Shown: one piece after another, positions 44,834 through 53,050 of the stretch | Layout of the letters: every line of letters begins with the position of its first letter | Numbering within the stretch: position 1 is the stretch's first letter | DNA from: Candidatus Poribacteria bacterium | Lineage (GTDB): Bacteria > Poribacteria > WGA-4E > WGA-3G | Direction of reading: 5' to 3' | NCBI GenBank assembly: GCA_022819945.1 | Contig: JAJEGI010000103.1 | Span: 41,821-105,820 of the forward strand | DNA: 64,000 nt | Notes under the pieces: model-generated | The model's input: only the letters and a program-made list of their open reading frames with translations | The model's database searches: none | Told to the model about the DNA's origin: nothing | Made by a program: the position numbers and the translations under genes

Positions 44834-45907
44834 TTATCTCTTCCGCGTTTGTCCTTCAAACGGTGTGCGGAGATCGTAACGGCCCTCTTCAAGCACAGGC
44901 AGCGTACCGTCGTTAACCATCAGTTCGAGGGGCAATTCTTTCGTCTCCATCGGCATGGTGACGACATCCTTGATGCGCAACGATTCGTAGATAGCCATCA
45001 TGATTTCAAGCGTGTACCGGGCTTGAACGCCACTGCCACGATGGTCAGAGATGTCGCCCTCGATCCACTCAATCAGTTCCTGAAATTGGTTCTTGGGTTC
45101 AGGCGGCGGTGTAACGGTTTGCCATCCCTGGGCATCTCCGTTTTGGAGTAAAATTGTCCCGTCAGGTCCGTTGCGAATTTGCCCTTCTGTACCAGCAATT
45201 TTTGGCATTGAGACATTCGGTTCTGGCAAGTCGCCTTCATAGATACCGCGGGCCCCACCTTCAAAGCACACTAACCCCATACAGAGGTCTTCGCAGATCG
45301 TGCGGCGTTCCCATCGGTCAGTCGTACGCGATGTCTGTCCGATCACCCATAACGTCTCAGGGTCAGACAAAATGAAACGCCACCCATCAATCGCATGTGT
45401 GCCCGTGTTCAACAGTCCAGCATGCCTTTTAGCACTGTGGTGGACGGTTGTTGGCTCACCAATCGCACCTGCGGCGACGAGTCTACGCGTCTCTATATTT
45501 GCAGGCGAATATCGACCTTGGTGACCGATAATCAGTTTGACATCGTTCTCTTCACAGGCAGCGATCATAGCGTCGGCTTGCCCAAGTGAAGCAGCCATCG
45601 GTTTCTCACCAATAATGCCTTTCACGCCTGCTTTTGCCGCCGCGACCGTGGCTTCCGCCCGCGGTCCCTGCCATGTTGTGATACTGACGATGTCCAAGTC
45701 CTCTTTTGCTAACATTTCATCAACATCGGTATAGGTAGCCGGGATATCGTACTCGTCTGCGACACTTTTCGCGGCTTCTTCAAAGATGTCCATCGCTGCG
45801 ACAATTTCTGCGTTCGGGTGCTTACCCCATGACCTGGAATGGGACTTACCCATCCCCCCACAACCGATAATTCCGACTCGATATGTCTGATTTGCCATCT
45901 GTTTCAT
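44834..45907 (-). CDS. Gfo/Idh/MocA family oxidoreductase
   Basis: YRVGIIGCGGMGKSH Rossmann N-terminus and EKPMA motif. Confidence 0.85.
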   Translation of the reverse strand: MKQMANQTYRVGIIGCGGMGKSHSRSWGKHPNAEIVAAMDIFEEAAKSVADEYDIPATYTDVDEMLAKEDLDIVSITTWQGPRAEATVAAAKAGVKGIIGEKPMAASLGQADAMIAACEENDVKLIIGHQGRYSPANIETRRLVAAGAIGEPTTVHHSAKRHAGLLNTGTHAIDGWRFILSDPETLWVIGQTSRTTDRWERRTICEDLCMGLVCFEGGARGIYEGDLPEPNVSMPKIAGTEGQIRNGPDGTILLQNGDAQGWQTVTPPPEPKNQFQELIEWIEGDISDHRGSGVQARYTLEIMMAIYESLRIKDVVTMPMETKELPLELMVNDGTLPVLEEGRYDLRTPFEGQTRKR

Positions 45908-46111
45908 CTCCTTATCTTGGCATAGCTGTTTGAAATCCTGTTGGTTATTCTATCACTCCCTCGTTGTTTTTGTCAAATCGTTTTCCTTGACAAACCTTCA
46001 GAAACGTTGCAAACTATACTAAACTGCTGGAGCCCACCAAGATACGGAGATTCTGACAATCCAGGTGCTTCACTAACAACTGATCACTATTAAAAGAGGG
46101 GATATAACCAG

Positions 46112-47209
46112 ATGGCAGATTATGAAGATAAAGGTTCACAGATTCGGGTGACAAACCTTGAGGCTTATCCTATGGGTGTGAAAGCCTACGTTAAAATTGA
46201 AACGAACATGGGTGTTACAGGGTGGGGCGAGATCAATAACATGGAGACGACCGTCACCTGCGCGTTGGCGCGATCCTTGTCCGAAATGATTATCGGCGAA
46301 AACCCGACACGGATTGAGCATCACTGGCAACGACTGTTTCGCGCACATCGTAATATCCGAGGGGGCGGGTTGATGGTACATACCATTTCCGCGATTGATA
46401 TGGCATTGTGGGATATTGCCGGAAAACTCTGGGGCGTGCCGGTGTATCGCCTACTTGGCGGTCCCTGCCGCGATAAAATTTGGAAGTATCCGAGTCCGAA
46501 GGCTCTAAAAACCGGACCCGGAGGTTCTAAACCGTTCGCAGGCACCCCCGATGAGATTGCTGATATGGTTAAACGCGTGCATGATGCACGGGAGAAAGTC
46601 GGTTCCGATGGTGCTGTGATGTTTGATGCACATAGTTGTCTACCGCCGCCCATCGTCAAACAGTTCGCGAGTTACCTGAAACCAGACGACCTACTTTTCC
46701 TTGAGGAAGCATGGGTACCGGGCAATATTGAGGTGATGCGGAAAATCCGGGAATCCGTCCCCGTCCCACTCGCAACAGGAGAACGCGACCGCACAATATG
46801 GGAAGTCCGCGAAATCCTTGAAGCACAAGTCATTGACATCCTTCAACCCGATGTTGGACATGGTGGTGGCATCACACAGGTTAAAAAAGTCGCTGCACTC
46901 GCGGAGGCGCATCACGTACCCATCGCACCGCACTGCACGATGTCTTATCTCGGTCTTACGGCGAGTTTCCACCTATCGGCTGCCGTGCCGTTTTTCCTTA
47001 TCCACGAAGGCTATGAAAATGTGCTGCCTGCCGGGGTTGCCCAGAAAACATGGGAGATGGATGAAGAGGGCTACGTTTCGCTCCCTGAAGGACCGGGTTT
47101 AGGTGTTGTGGTGGATGAAGCAAAGGTTATTGAAGTCGGGCAAGAAGAGGGCAGACGCTTCACCTGGCCCAATAGTCGATTGCCAGACGGCTCCATCGCT
47201 GATTATTAG
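46112..47209 (+). CDS. enolase-superfamily dehydratase (mandelate racemase / galactonate dehydratase-like)
   Basis: VKIETNMGVTGWGE, DMALWDIAGK, FDAH / LFLEE / ATGER metal-ligand contexts, QPDVGHGGG. Confidence 0.85.
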   Translation: MADYEDKGSQIRVTNLEAYPMGVKAYVKIETNMGVTGWGEINNMETTVTCALARSLSEMIIGENPTRIEHHWQRLFRAHRNIRGGGLMVHTISAIDMALWDIAGKLWGVPVYRLLGGPCRDKIWKYPSPKALKTGPGGSKPFAGTPDEIADMVKRVHDAREKVGSDGAVMFDAHSCLPPPIVKQFASYLKPDDLLFLEEAWVPGNIEVMRKIRESVPVPLATGERDRTIWEVREILEAQVIDILQPDVGHGGGITQVKKVAALAEAHHVPIAPHCTMSYLGLTASFHLSAAVPFFLIHEGYENVLPAGVAQKTWEMDEEGYVSLPEGPGLGVVVDEAKVIEVGQEEGRRFTWPNSRLPDGSIADY

Positions 47210-47248
47210 AGGCGAAACATAACACTCGCTTTTACAGGCGACGGTGGT

Positions 47249-47281
47249 GGGATCCCTTCCCGTTACTCGGAAGGGATTCCC
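47249..47281. terminator. hairpin between convergent genes
   Basis: gggatcccttcc / ggaagggattccc, 12-13 bp stem with an 8-nt loop. Confidence 0.5.
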
Positions 47282-47313
47282 AACTTTGCCTTCTTCTGCC
47301 CTAAGATTCCCTG

Positions 47314-48534
47314 CTAAAGTGATTCGAGGAAAGCAATAACTGCTTGTTGCTGTACCTCAGATAGATTGAAAAATGCTTCCTTCGCTTTCTGTGCCTCACC
47401 ACCGTGTGCGCGAATAGCACCTTCAAGCGTCGTTGCGCGACCGTCGTGCAGGAAAAACGGGGTGCCACCCAAGAATTCCGCAACCAAGCGAGTGCCCCAG
47501 AGCGGAGGGGTCCGCCATTCTGTCCCTGTAGCGTTGCCATCAGGACGATTGTCCGCTAACTCTTCACCCATGTCATGTAAAAGGAAGTCAGAGTAGACGT
47601 GCGCGTCCACCGCATTTAAAGCATCAATCGGAGACGGTCCCGTTCGCATCGTCGGAACGTGGCACGAGGCACACCCTATTCTGTTGAAAATTTTATCGCC
47701 TCTTTTGACTCTTTCCGTTATCTCACCGCGCGGAGGTGGCGAAAGCAACCGCATGAAAACCACAATATCCATAACCGTTGATCTTTCAACTTCTGGATCG
47801 GGCACAGTGTCCCCAGCGTCAGAAGGCTCCTCTTGTAGAAAACTGTTGGTAATTCCCATGTCTTGTTGAAATGCTGTCGCCGTCTGTTGGACCAGCGATG
47901 AAACGGATGTCTTGCGTCCGAACCTACCAAGCTGTTCACCCGGTCCGCCACCAATCTCGGTAGTCGGCACGAAGTCGGGCGCAGTGACCCAATGCGGCCT
48001 ACCGGAAATACCGTCGCCATCGGCATCATCTTCATCGGCGTAGGATAAGATGGTCTCAACAGGAATGTTTTCGATAAGTCCCATCCCGAAAACCGGTGGC
48101 GGCAGGCGCGTCGATTTGTCTACACCCATTGGAAGTGTCTCGTAAGGCACCCCCGGAACCGCTTTGTCTTGGAACTGAGGTCCCCCCATATCAAGCATTA
48201 GATTATGGCCCATGCTAAATCGGATGAGTGATAGGTCCGGCATACCACGACCATTCCCCGGATGGCAACTGACACAACCCGCCTGATTAAAAATGGGGCC
48301 TAGGCCTTCTTCTATTGTAAAGACTTTCATAAACGCCTCCTCACCGCGTGCAAATGTGGCACTCAGATCCGAAGATAGCATCTCAAAAGGGGTCTCAAAA
48401 TCACCGGGTGGGGGTTCAACAACATCGTCTTGGGGCGTTATTAGCTGCGGAAGTTTAATCCTACCGTCACATCCATTGATGGAGGCAACAACGATAAAAA
48501 CAACAAAAAAAATGCAAAATCTTTTCAATTTCAA
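47314..48534 (-). CDS. DUF1111 di-haem cytochrome c / peroxidase-like protein
   Basis: Signal peptide. Two CxxCH motifs (CVSCHPGNG, CASCHVP). TPPLWG motif. Confidence 0.8.
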   Translation of the reverse strand: MKLKRFCIFFVVFIVVASINGCDGRIKLPQLITPQDDVVEPPPGDFETPFEMLSSDLSATFARGEEAFMKVFTIEEGLGPIFNQAGCVSCHPGNGRGMPDLSLIRFSMGHNLMLDMGGPQFQDKAVPGVPYETLPMGVDKSTRLPPPVFGMGLIENIPVETILSYADEDDADGDGISGRPHWVTAPDFVPTTEIGGGPGEQLGRFGRKTSVSSLVQQTATAFQQDMGITNSFLQEEPSDAGDTVPDPEVERSTVMDIVVFMRLLSPPPRGEITERVKRGDKIFNRIGCASCHVPTMRTGPSPIDALNAVDAHVYSDFLLHDMGEELADNRPDGNATGTEWRTPPLWGTRLVAEFLGGTPFFLHDGRATTLEGAIRAHGGEAQKAKEAFFNLSEVQQQAVIAFLESL

Positions 48535-48644
48535 CTCCTTGTAAACGTAGACAAGTCGGTATATGGTAAATTTTGGAATGACTTAGATATTTTCAATGGA
48601 TAGACAACCGCCTAAACCCTCACTGTCATATCTTCCGTTATCAA

Positions 48645-48680
48645 GGGGGTAGGGAATTAACCCCTAAATTCCCTACCCCC
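48645..48680. repeat. perfect 14-bp-stem hairpin (gggggtagggaatt / aattccctaccccc)
   Basis: Read directly from the sequence, 8-nt loop. Not positioned downstream of any called gene. Confidence 0.7.
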
Positions 48681-49389
48681 TAATCCCCAACGTCCCATAT
48701 CTCCTATCAGGGATAGGGACCTTTGGAGACTTCACACAAAAACCGAGCTGCTGGTAAATGGCTATTTACTTTTATAATTCATCACAGTTGCAACCGAGGA
48801 TTACCTACACAAAAATAGGGCTATTGAAAAAGGCATTCCTCCGAGAGCCTAACTTCAGTTTTGGGGTTATTTGTCATTGATGTTCGGGGGTATACAATAC
48901 GGTTGTTTTAGCGGCCTTGATAGCAAATGTTCGGGGGGTGATTCGCCTGTCAAAGTCTTTAGAAATTCGACCAAATCGTCGCGCCTCTTCAGTGAAAATC
49001 TGTTGAAATCAGATACCATATACTTGTTTCCTTTGCTCAGACATTATTGAGCACTGTACATTGTCGCATTTAGAAGTAGCTGTAACAAATAAACAGGTTT
49101 TATGATATAATATGATAGATAGAGGGTTTATATCACAGCAAGAACACAATCCAGTTAGCATAATGATATTAGGTCAATTTCAATAATTTGTGTGTTTTAT
49201 AATTAATTGTCCTAATATCAGTAAATTATACTTTGTCCTGATTGATAAGTCAAATTAAATTTGCAGAAAATTGCTTAATTCGCTCAAAAAACGCCTATTA
49301 AATTCGGAAAGTCATATCAAATCGTACAACTAAAAATTTTTATATTTGTTAAAATTTCTTCTATATGATTTTTTTTTTGTCCGAAAAAC

Positions 49390-49419
49390 TTGAATGAGAG
49401 TAATGACCTTTGATATAAT
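49390..49419 (+). promoter_or_regulatory. strong sigma-70-type promoter, TTGAAT-N18-TATAAT with extended TG
   Basis: TTGAAT 49390-49395 and TGaTATAAT 49411-49419. About 70 nt upstream of AGGAGG and ATG 49491. Confidence 0.55.
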
Positions 49420-49490
49420 TAACGATAGTAGTGGTACCCGTCGGTACGAGAATAGATTCTGCAATTCAATTTAGGAGGCTCCCAATAGCG

Positions 49491-52400
49491 ATGAATTCTC
49501 TGAAAGACCTTGTTCAGCGCTGTCATCAACGGCATGAAAAGCCTCTTCGACAACGCAAGACAGTGGCAACACCTGCGATGTATACAAAGGATCACCCGCA
49601 CCAGTACACGGTCTACTGTGCCCACCGCTATCCTGTCATGCTTCAAGACCTTGAGCAAGCGGATATCTCATTCATGCCTATGGGACGCGCGCCTTGGCAT
49701 GATCGGGGTCCCGGAGATTTTAGGGGCAAGCGGTTCTTGAAACGCCAAGGCATAACAGATTGGGGTCTTAAACGATGGGACGCCTCATGGGGGCTTCAGT
49801 TGCATACAGGCATGCCTTCGGAACGCAATGGCGCGCGATGGCACGATCTGCACTTCAAGTATGAGGCGATCTGTGCTGACCCTGATGCTGTTGTCGCTTG
49901 TATTGAAGCACTCGTCAATATTGTTAATAATCCGCTTTTGACATTAGGGAAGTCCGGTGGGCTCCGCTTCTCCTGCAGAGTTCAAGATTATCTCTATCCC
50001 GATACCGAAACCGCGAAGTTGTATATCTATAAAGACACCCCGACACCAGAAGATACGTATCAACGGGACGTGTATCTTGAAGTATTTGGCGAAAAAGGGT
50101 ATACACGCTGGGATGCACGCTATGAAATATTGATTGGTGACCTATTAGCCCCACCGGTCGTTGACAAAGAGGTCCTCTTTGCCCCAATTGAAGCCCTCCG
50201 TGCGAAACTTCATGAACCTGCCCCTGGTGATACAGAACCGAAACAAATTGTCACCCGTCTGCCCCAATCTTTCGGTTCAGAGCACCTTGATTTCGCGAGA
50301 GAGGCATTCTTGCAGCGTGGATTTTCTTATGTCCGACAAGAGGACGGTCTCTACTACTGGACACAACCTAAAGGTACCCTTGGCAGTGAAGATGTCCTAC
50401 TATCGGAAAGAGATAGCGTGGTATGGATCCGGGCATTTACACCTGACACCGGGCTGCCAACGCAGTCCACGCCAATCACAGAAGTTTGGGACGATACAAG
50501 TATTCCATCCTCTATAGATGCGACAAGCACCCGTGTCCCCGTGAAAGTAAAACAGGTACGAGAAGATGAACTCAGCCCATTGGCGATTAAACGTCCACCT
50601 CCGGTATTAAAACAGGACGATAACACCGAAAACGATGAGATACTCCAGAGAGATGTGTTTCAGATTGAAAGCATTTTCGACCAAGGCGTACGAATTCTTG
50701 GCGTTATTACAGGGATAGGTCCCTGGGACGAGCAGGCGCAAGACTCATATTTCCTCAGCGGCGGTGTGATTTCCGTAAATACGCCGGAGGCTAAATTCGC
50801 AGAAAGCGCGGCGCAATACTTTCGAGAACAGAATATGCCATCGGTGGTTTACTGGAAACCGCGAACACATCTCTGGGAACAGGTGAAAGACATACCTGCT
50901 GATGTACGTATGAAAACACCTTTTCAACGTGGCAATGTCTGTGAAGACCCAGAACGCTGTGCCGCGCTTGAGGAAAAGGGTGGGAATCCGAATGAAAGTA
51001 TCTGTCCACAGTGCCCCGTCTATACGGAGTGTCAGCAGCGTGGATACTTATCGCAATTCGCTGCATTACGACATGCGAAAGTCCAAATGTTGACGATTCC
51101 GCAACTGTTTTTTGATCCCCAATATACCGAATTCGTAGAACAGATTCTCAAACCAGAAGGTGAAACCGAACGACTTTGTGTGCTCAACCAACAGCGCACA
51201 CATGACTTATTCCTTGAGTGTCAACTCTCAAAAAACGTTATGGAGGAATGGGCGACGCACTGGCAAGGCTGTGCCTTAGGGAGTTTCGCCAAAACATTGC
51301 TGAGTGCGCTGGATATTAAGGGCAAACTTTATGGTGATGCCGTTAAAGGCGTGCGCGCAGCGATGCAGACCTTTGAATGGCAAGAGGAAACACTTATCCA
51401 GCAGATGTGCCAAGTGAGAGTGCATGCCAAGGCGGTAGAGCACCGGATCGTTGACGATGATACCGGAAAGACCTTGGCAAACTTTATTATTGAGTTTGAA
51501 GGCGGCACCACGGCTTACATTCCTTTAGACAGTAATGCCGTAGATAAACTCAAAGCGAAAGGATTCCCGGTCTTTCCGAAATCCGTTCCACTTAATGAAG
51601 ACCTGAAAGTTGCGATGCCGATGACGCAAGCGATTACATTAGGGATCTTGGATACAGAGACTGTAGAGAGCATTCAGGCATTTCCAACCGTCTATCGGGA
51701 ACAAGGCTGGACATTTTGGCACCAACTTAAGTGTTTCTTCGCGCATTACACGCGAGATGCCGATGCACCGATTCGCTGGGATGGTGAAGTCCTGCGGTTC
51801 TGGGTGCCACCCGTGCTTCATGCAAGCGTTAAACGGCTTTTGTTGGTATCCTCCGTATTCTCAGAACAACATCTCCACAGAGTGTTCCCCGATGAAAACT
51901 TTGAATCCTATTGGACCGAACCGATACCCTGGAGCCCAGGGAACCGCGTCTTTCAAGTACGCACAGGTATCTATCCATCAGAAACCATCCTCGACTACCA
52001 TAACTGGAGTAATGTAGGTGTTTCCGAAACAGGACAACGTTTTCTGCGCGGAATCCACGCCGAGCTTGAGGTGGATTTAAGCGTTAAACACGGGATTATA
52101 ACCAATGAAGATATTGCCAGACGCTTGGGCGACATCGCAAAGGAAAGGAACGTCTGCTTCGTAGATGATTTCCAGAAGATGAGTATGTCTGACACGCTTT
52201 CTGAAACAGCAGATGTCGTTTGGGTCGTTGGAACACCGCGACGACCGACGACAGCTATTTGGCAGCGTGCCCAGATGTTGTTTGGGAACGATGAAAAACC
52301 GCTCTCTTACGAAGACGAAATAGAGTCAGGAACCTACAGAGACCCGCGGCTCCAAGGTATTTATGAAGAAGAAGCTGTTTACGCGCTCACAGAGGTTATT

Positions 52401-52883
52401 GTACAGGCTGAGTTGGACCGATTGACGGATAGACGGATTGTGTTGATTACCGGATTACCACTTCCCAACATTACCGATAGACCTGAAACTTCGATCTTTG
52501 ACTGGGAAGATTTTGAGATTGCCGGTGGATTGGATAAACTCCCTGAGGCGATAGCGATACGCGAACGCTTTGAACAGGAGCGTGAGAACCTATCGGCTGA
52601 GTCCAGTAGGGAAGAAGTCCAGCGCGTTTTGGGTTGCTCCGAAAGACAGGCAAACCGCGTTTTACAAAGACTGAGAGGCGGGAATATCCTGCGCGTGCCT
52701 TTCCGACAGCAAATTCTTTCCTTACTTACGGATGGCGAGAAAAAAACGGCCGAACTGATTGCCGCCATTGACGGACATCCAGAGGCGATACAACACGAAC
52801 TCGCGCGGCTTGTGGATGCCGGTGAGATCGTCAGAATCCGGCGCGGTGTATATGCTTTGCTGCTCAAAGATAGCAAACGATAA
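49491..52883 (+). CDS. 1130-aa orphan protein: degenerate primase-polymerase (AEP)-like N-terminus, Cys cluster, C-terminal winged-helix
   Basis: ATG 49491 follows AGGAGG. GKSGGLRFSCRV and LEVFGEKGYTRWD resemble AEP motifs II and III. CEDPERC...CPQCPVYTEC cluster. C-terminus LLTDGEKKTAELIAAIDGHPEAIQHELARLVDAGEIVRIRRGVY is MarR/TrmB-like. Confidence 0.6.
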   Translation: MNSLKDLVQRCHQRHEKPLRQRKTVATPAMYTKDHPHQYTVYCAHRYPVMLQDLEQADISFMPMGRAPWHDRGPGDFRGKRFLKRQGITDWGLKRWDASWGLQLHTGMPSERNGARWHDLHFKYEAICADPDAVVACIEALVNIVNNPLLTLGKSGGLRFSCRVQDYLYPDTETAKLYIYKDTPTPEDTYQRDVYLEVFGEKGYTRWDARYEILIGDLLAPPVVDKEVLFAPIEALRAKLHEPAPGDTEPKQIVTRLPQSFGSEHLDFAREAFLQRGFSYVRQEDGLYYWTQPKGTLGSEDVLLSERDSVVWIRAFTPDTGLPTQSTPITEVWDDTSIPSSIDATSTRVPVKVKQVREDELSPLAIKRPPPVLKQDDNTENDEILQRDVFQIESIFDQGVRILGVITGIGPWDEQAQDSYFLSGGVISVNTPEAKFAESAAQYFREQNMPSVVYWKPRTHLWEQVKDIPADVRMKTPFQRGNVCEDPERCAALEEKGGNPNESICPQCPVYTECQQRGYLSQFAALRHAKVQMLTIPQLFFDPQYTEFVEQILKPEGETERLCVLNQQRTHDLFLECQLSKNVMEEWATHWQGCALGSFAKTLLSALDIKGKLYGDAVKGVRAAMQTFEWQEETLIQQMCQVRVHAKAVEHRIVDDDTGKTLANFIIEFEGGTTAYIPLDSNAVDKLKAKGFPVFPKSVPLNEDLKVAMPMTQAITLGILDTETVESIQAFPTVYREQGWTFWHQLKCFFAHYTRDADAPIRWDGEVLRFWVPPVLHASVKRLLLVSSVFSEQHLHRVFPDENFESYWTEPIPWSPGNRVFQVRTGIYPSETILDYHNWSNVGVSETGQRFLRGIHAELEVDLSVKHGIITNEDIARRLGDIAKERNVCFVDDFQKMSMSDTLSETADVVWVVGTPRRPTTAIWQRAQMLFGNDEKPLSYEDEIESGTYRDPRLQGIYEEEAVYALTEVIVQAELDRLTDRRIVLITGLPLPNITDRPETSIFDWEDFEIAGGLDKLPEAIAIRERFEQERENLSAESSREEVQRVLGCSERQANRVLQRLRGGNILRVPFRQQILSLLTDGEKKTAELIAAIDGHPEAIQHELARLVDAGEIVRIRRGVYALLLKDSKR

Positions 52884-52891
52884 GGGGCTTC

Positions 52892-52924
52892 TCCCATCTT
52901 TCCGTCCTTCCAACCTTCCTAAGT
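52892..52924. repeat. CCTTCC dispersed repeat copy
   Basis: ctcccatctttccgtccttccaaccttcctaag, immediately after the stop at 52883. Confidence 0.55.
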
Positions 52925-52986
52925 CCTATTGTTATACATCTTTCCATTTTTCCCAAAAGTAAAATTTTTCATAAAAATGCATTTTA

Positions 52987-53014
52987 TGCAACCTTTCTTG
53001 TGTTAAAACACGAC
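52987..53014 (+). promoter_or_regulatory. ECF-type promoter candidate, TGCAACC-N17-CGAC
   Basis: About 35 nt upstream of the sigma-fusion start. A 45-nt block is nearly identical to 59378-59424. Confidence 0.5.
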
Positions 53015-53050
53015 ATAACATCTTGAGGCAATTTACTTTGGAGGATGGTC

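Noticed and set aside
48874-49044. Minus-strand 56-codon frame (MSEQRKQVYGI-stop-FQQIFTEEARRFGRISKDFDRRITPRTFAIKAAKTTVLYTPEHQ) inside the long non-coding region.
   Set aside because: It is interrupted by an in-frame TGA at codon 12, has no RBS and has no recognisable family. It may be a gene remnant but cannot be supported as a feature.
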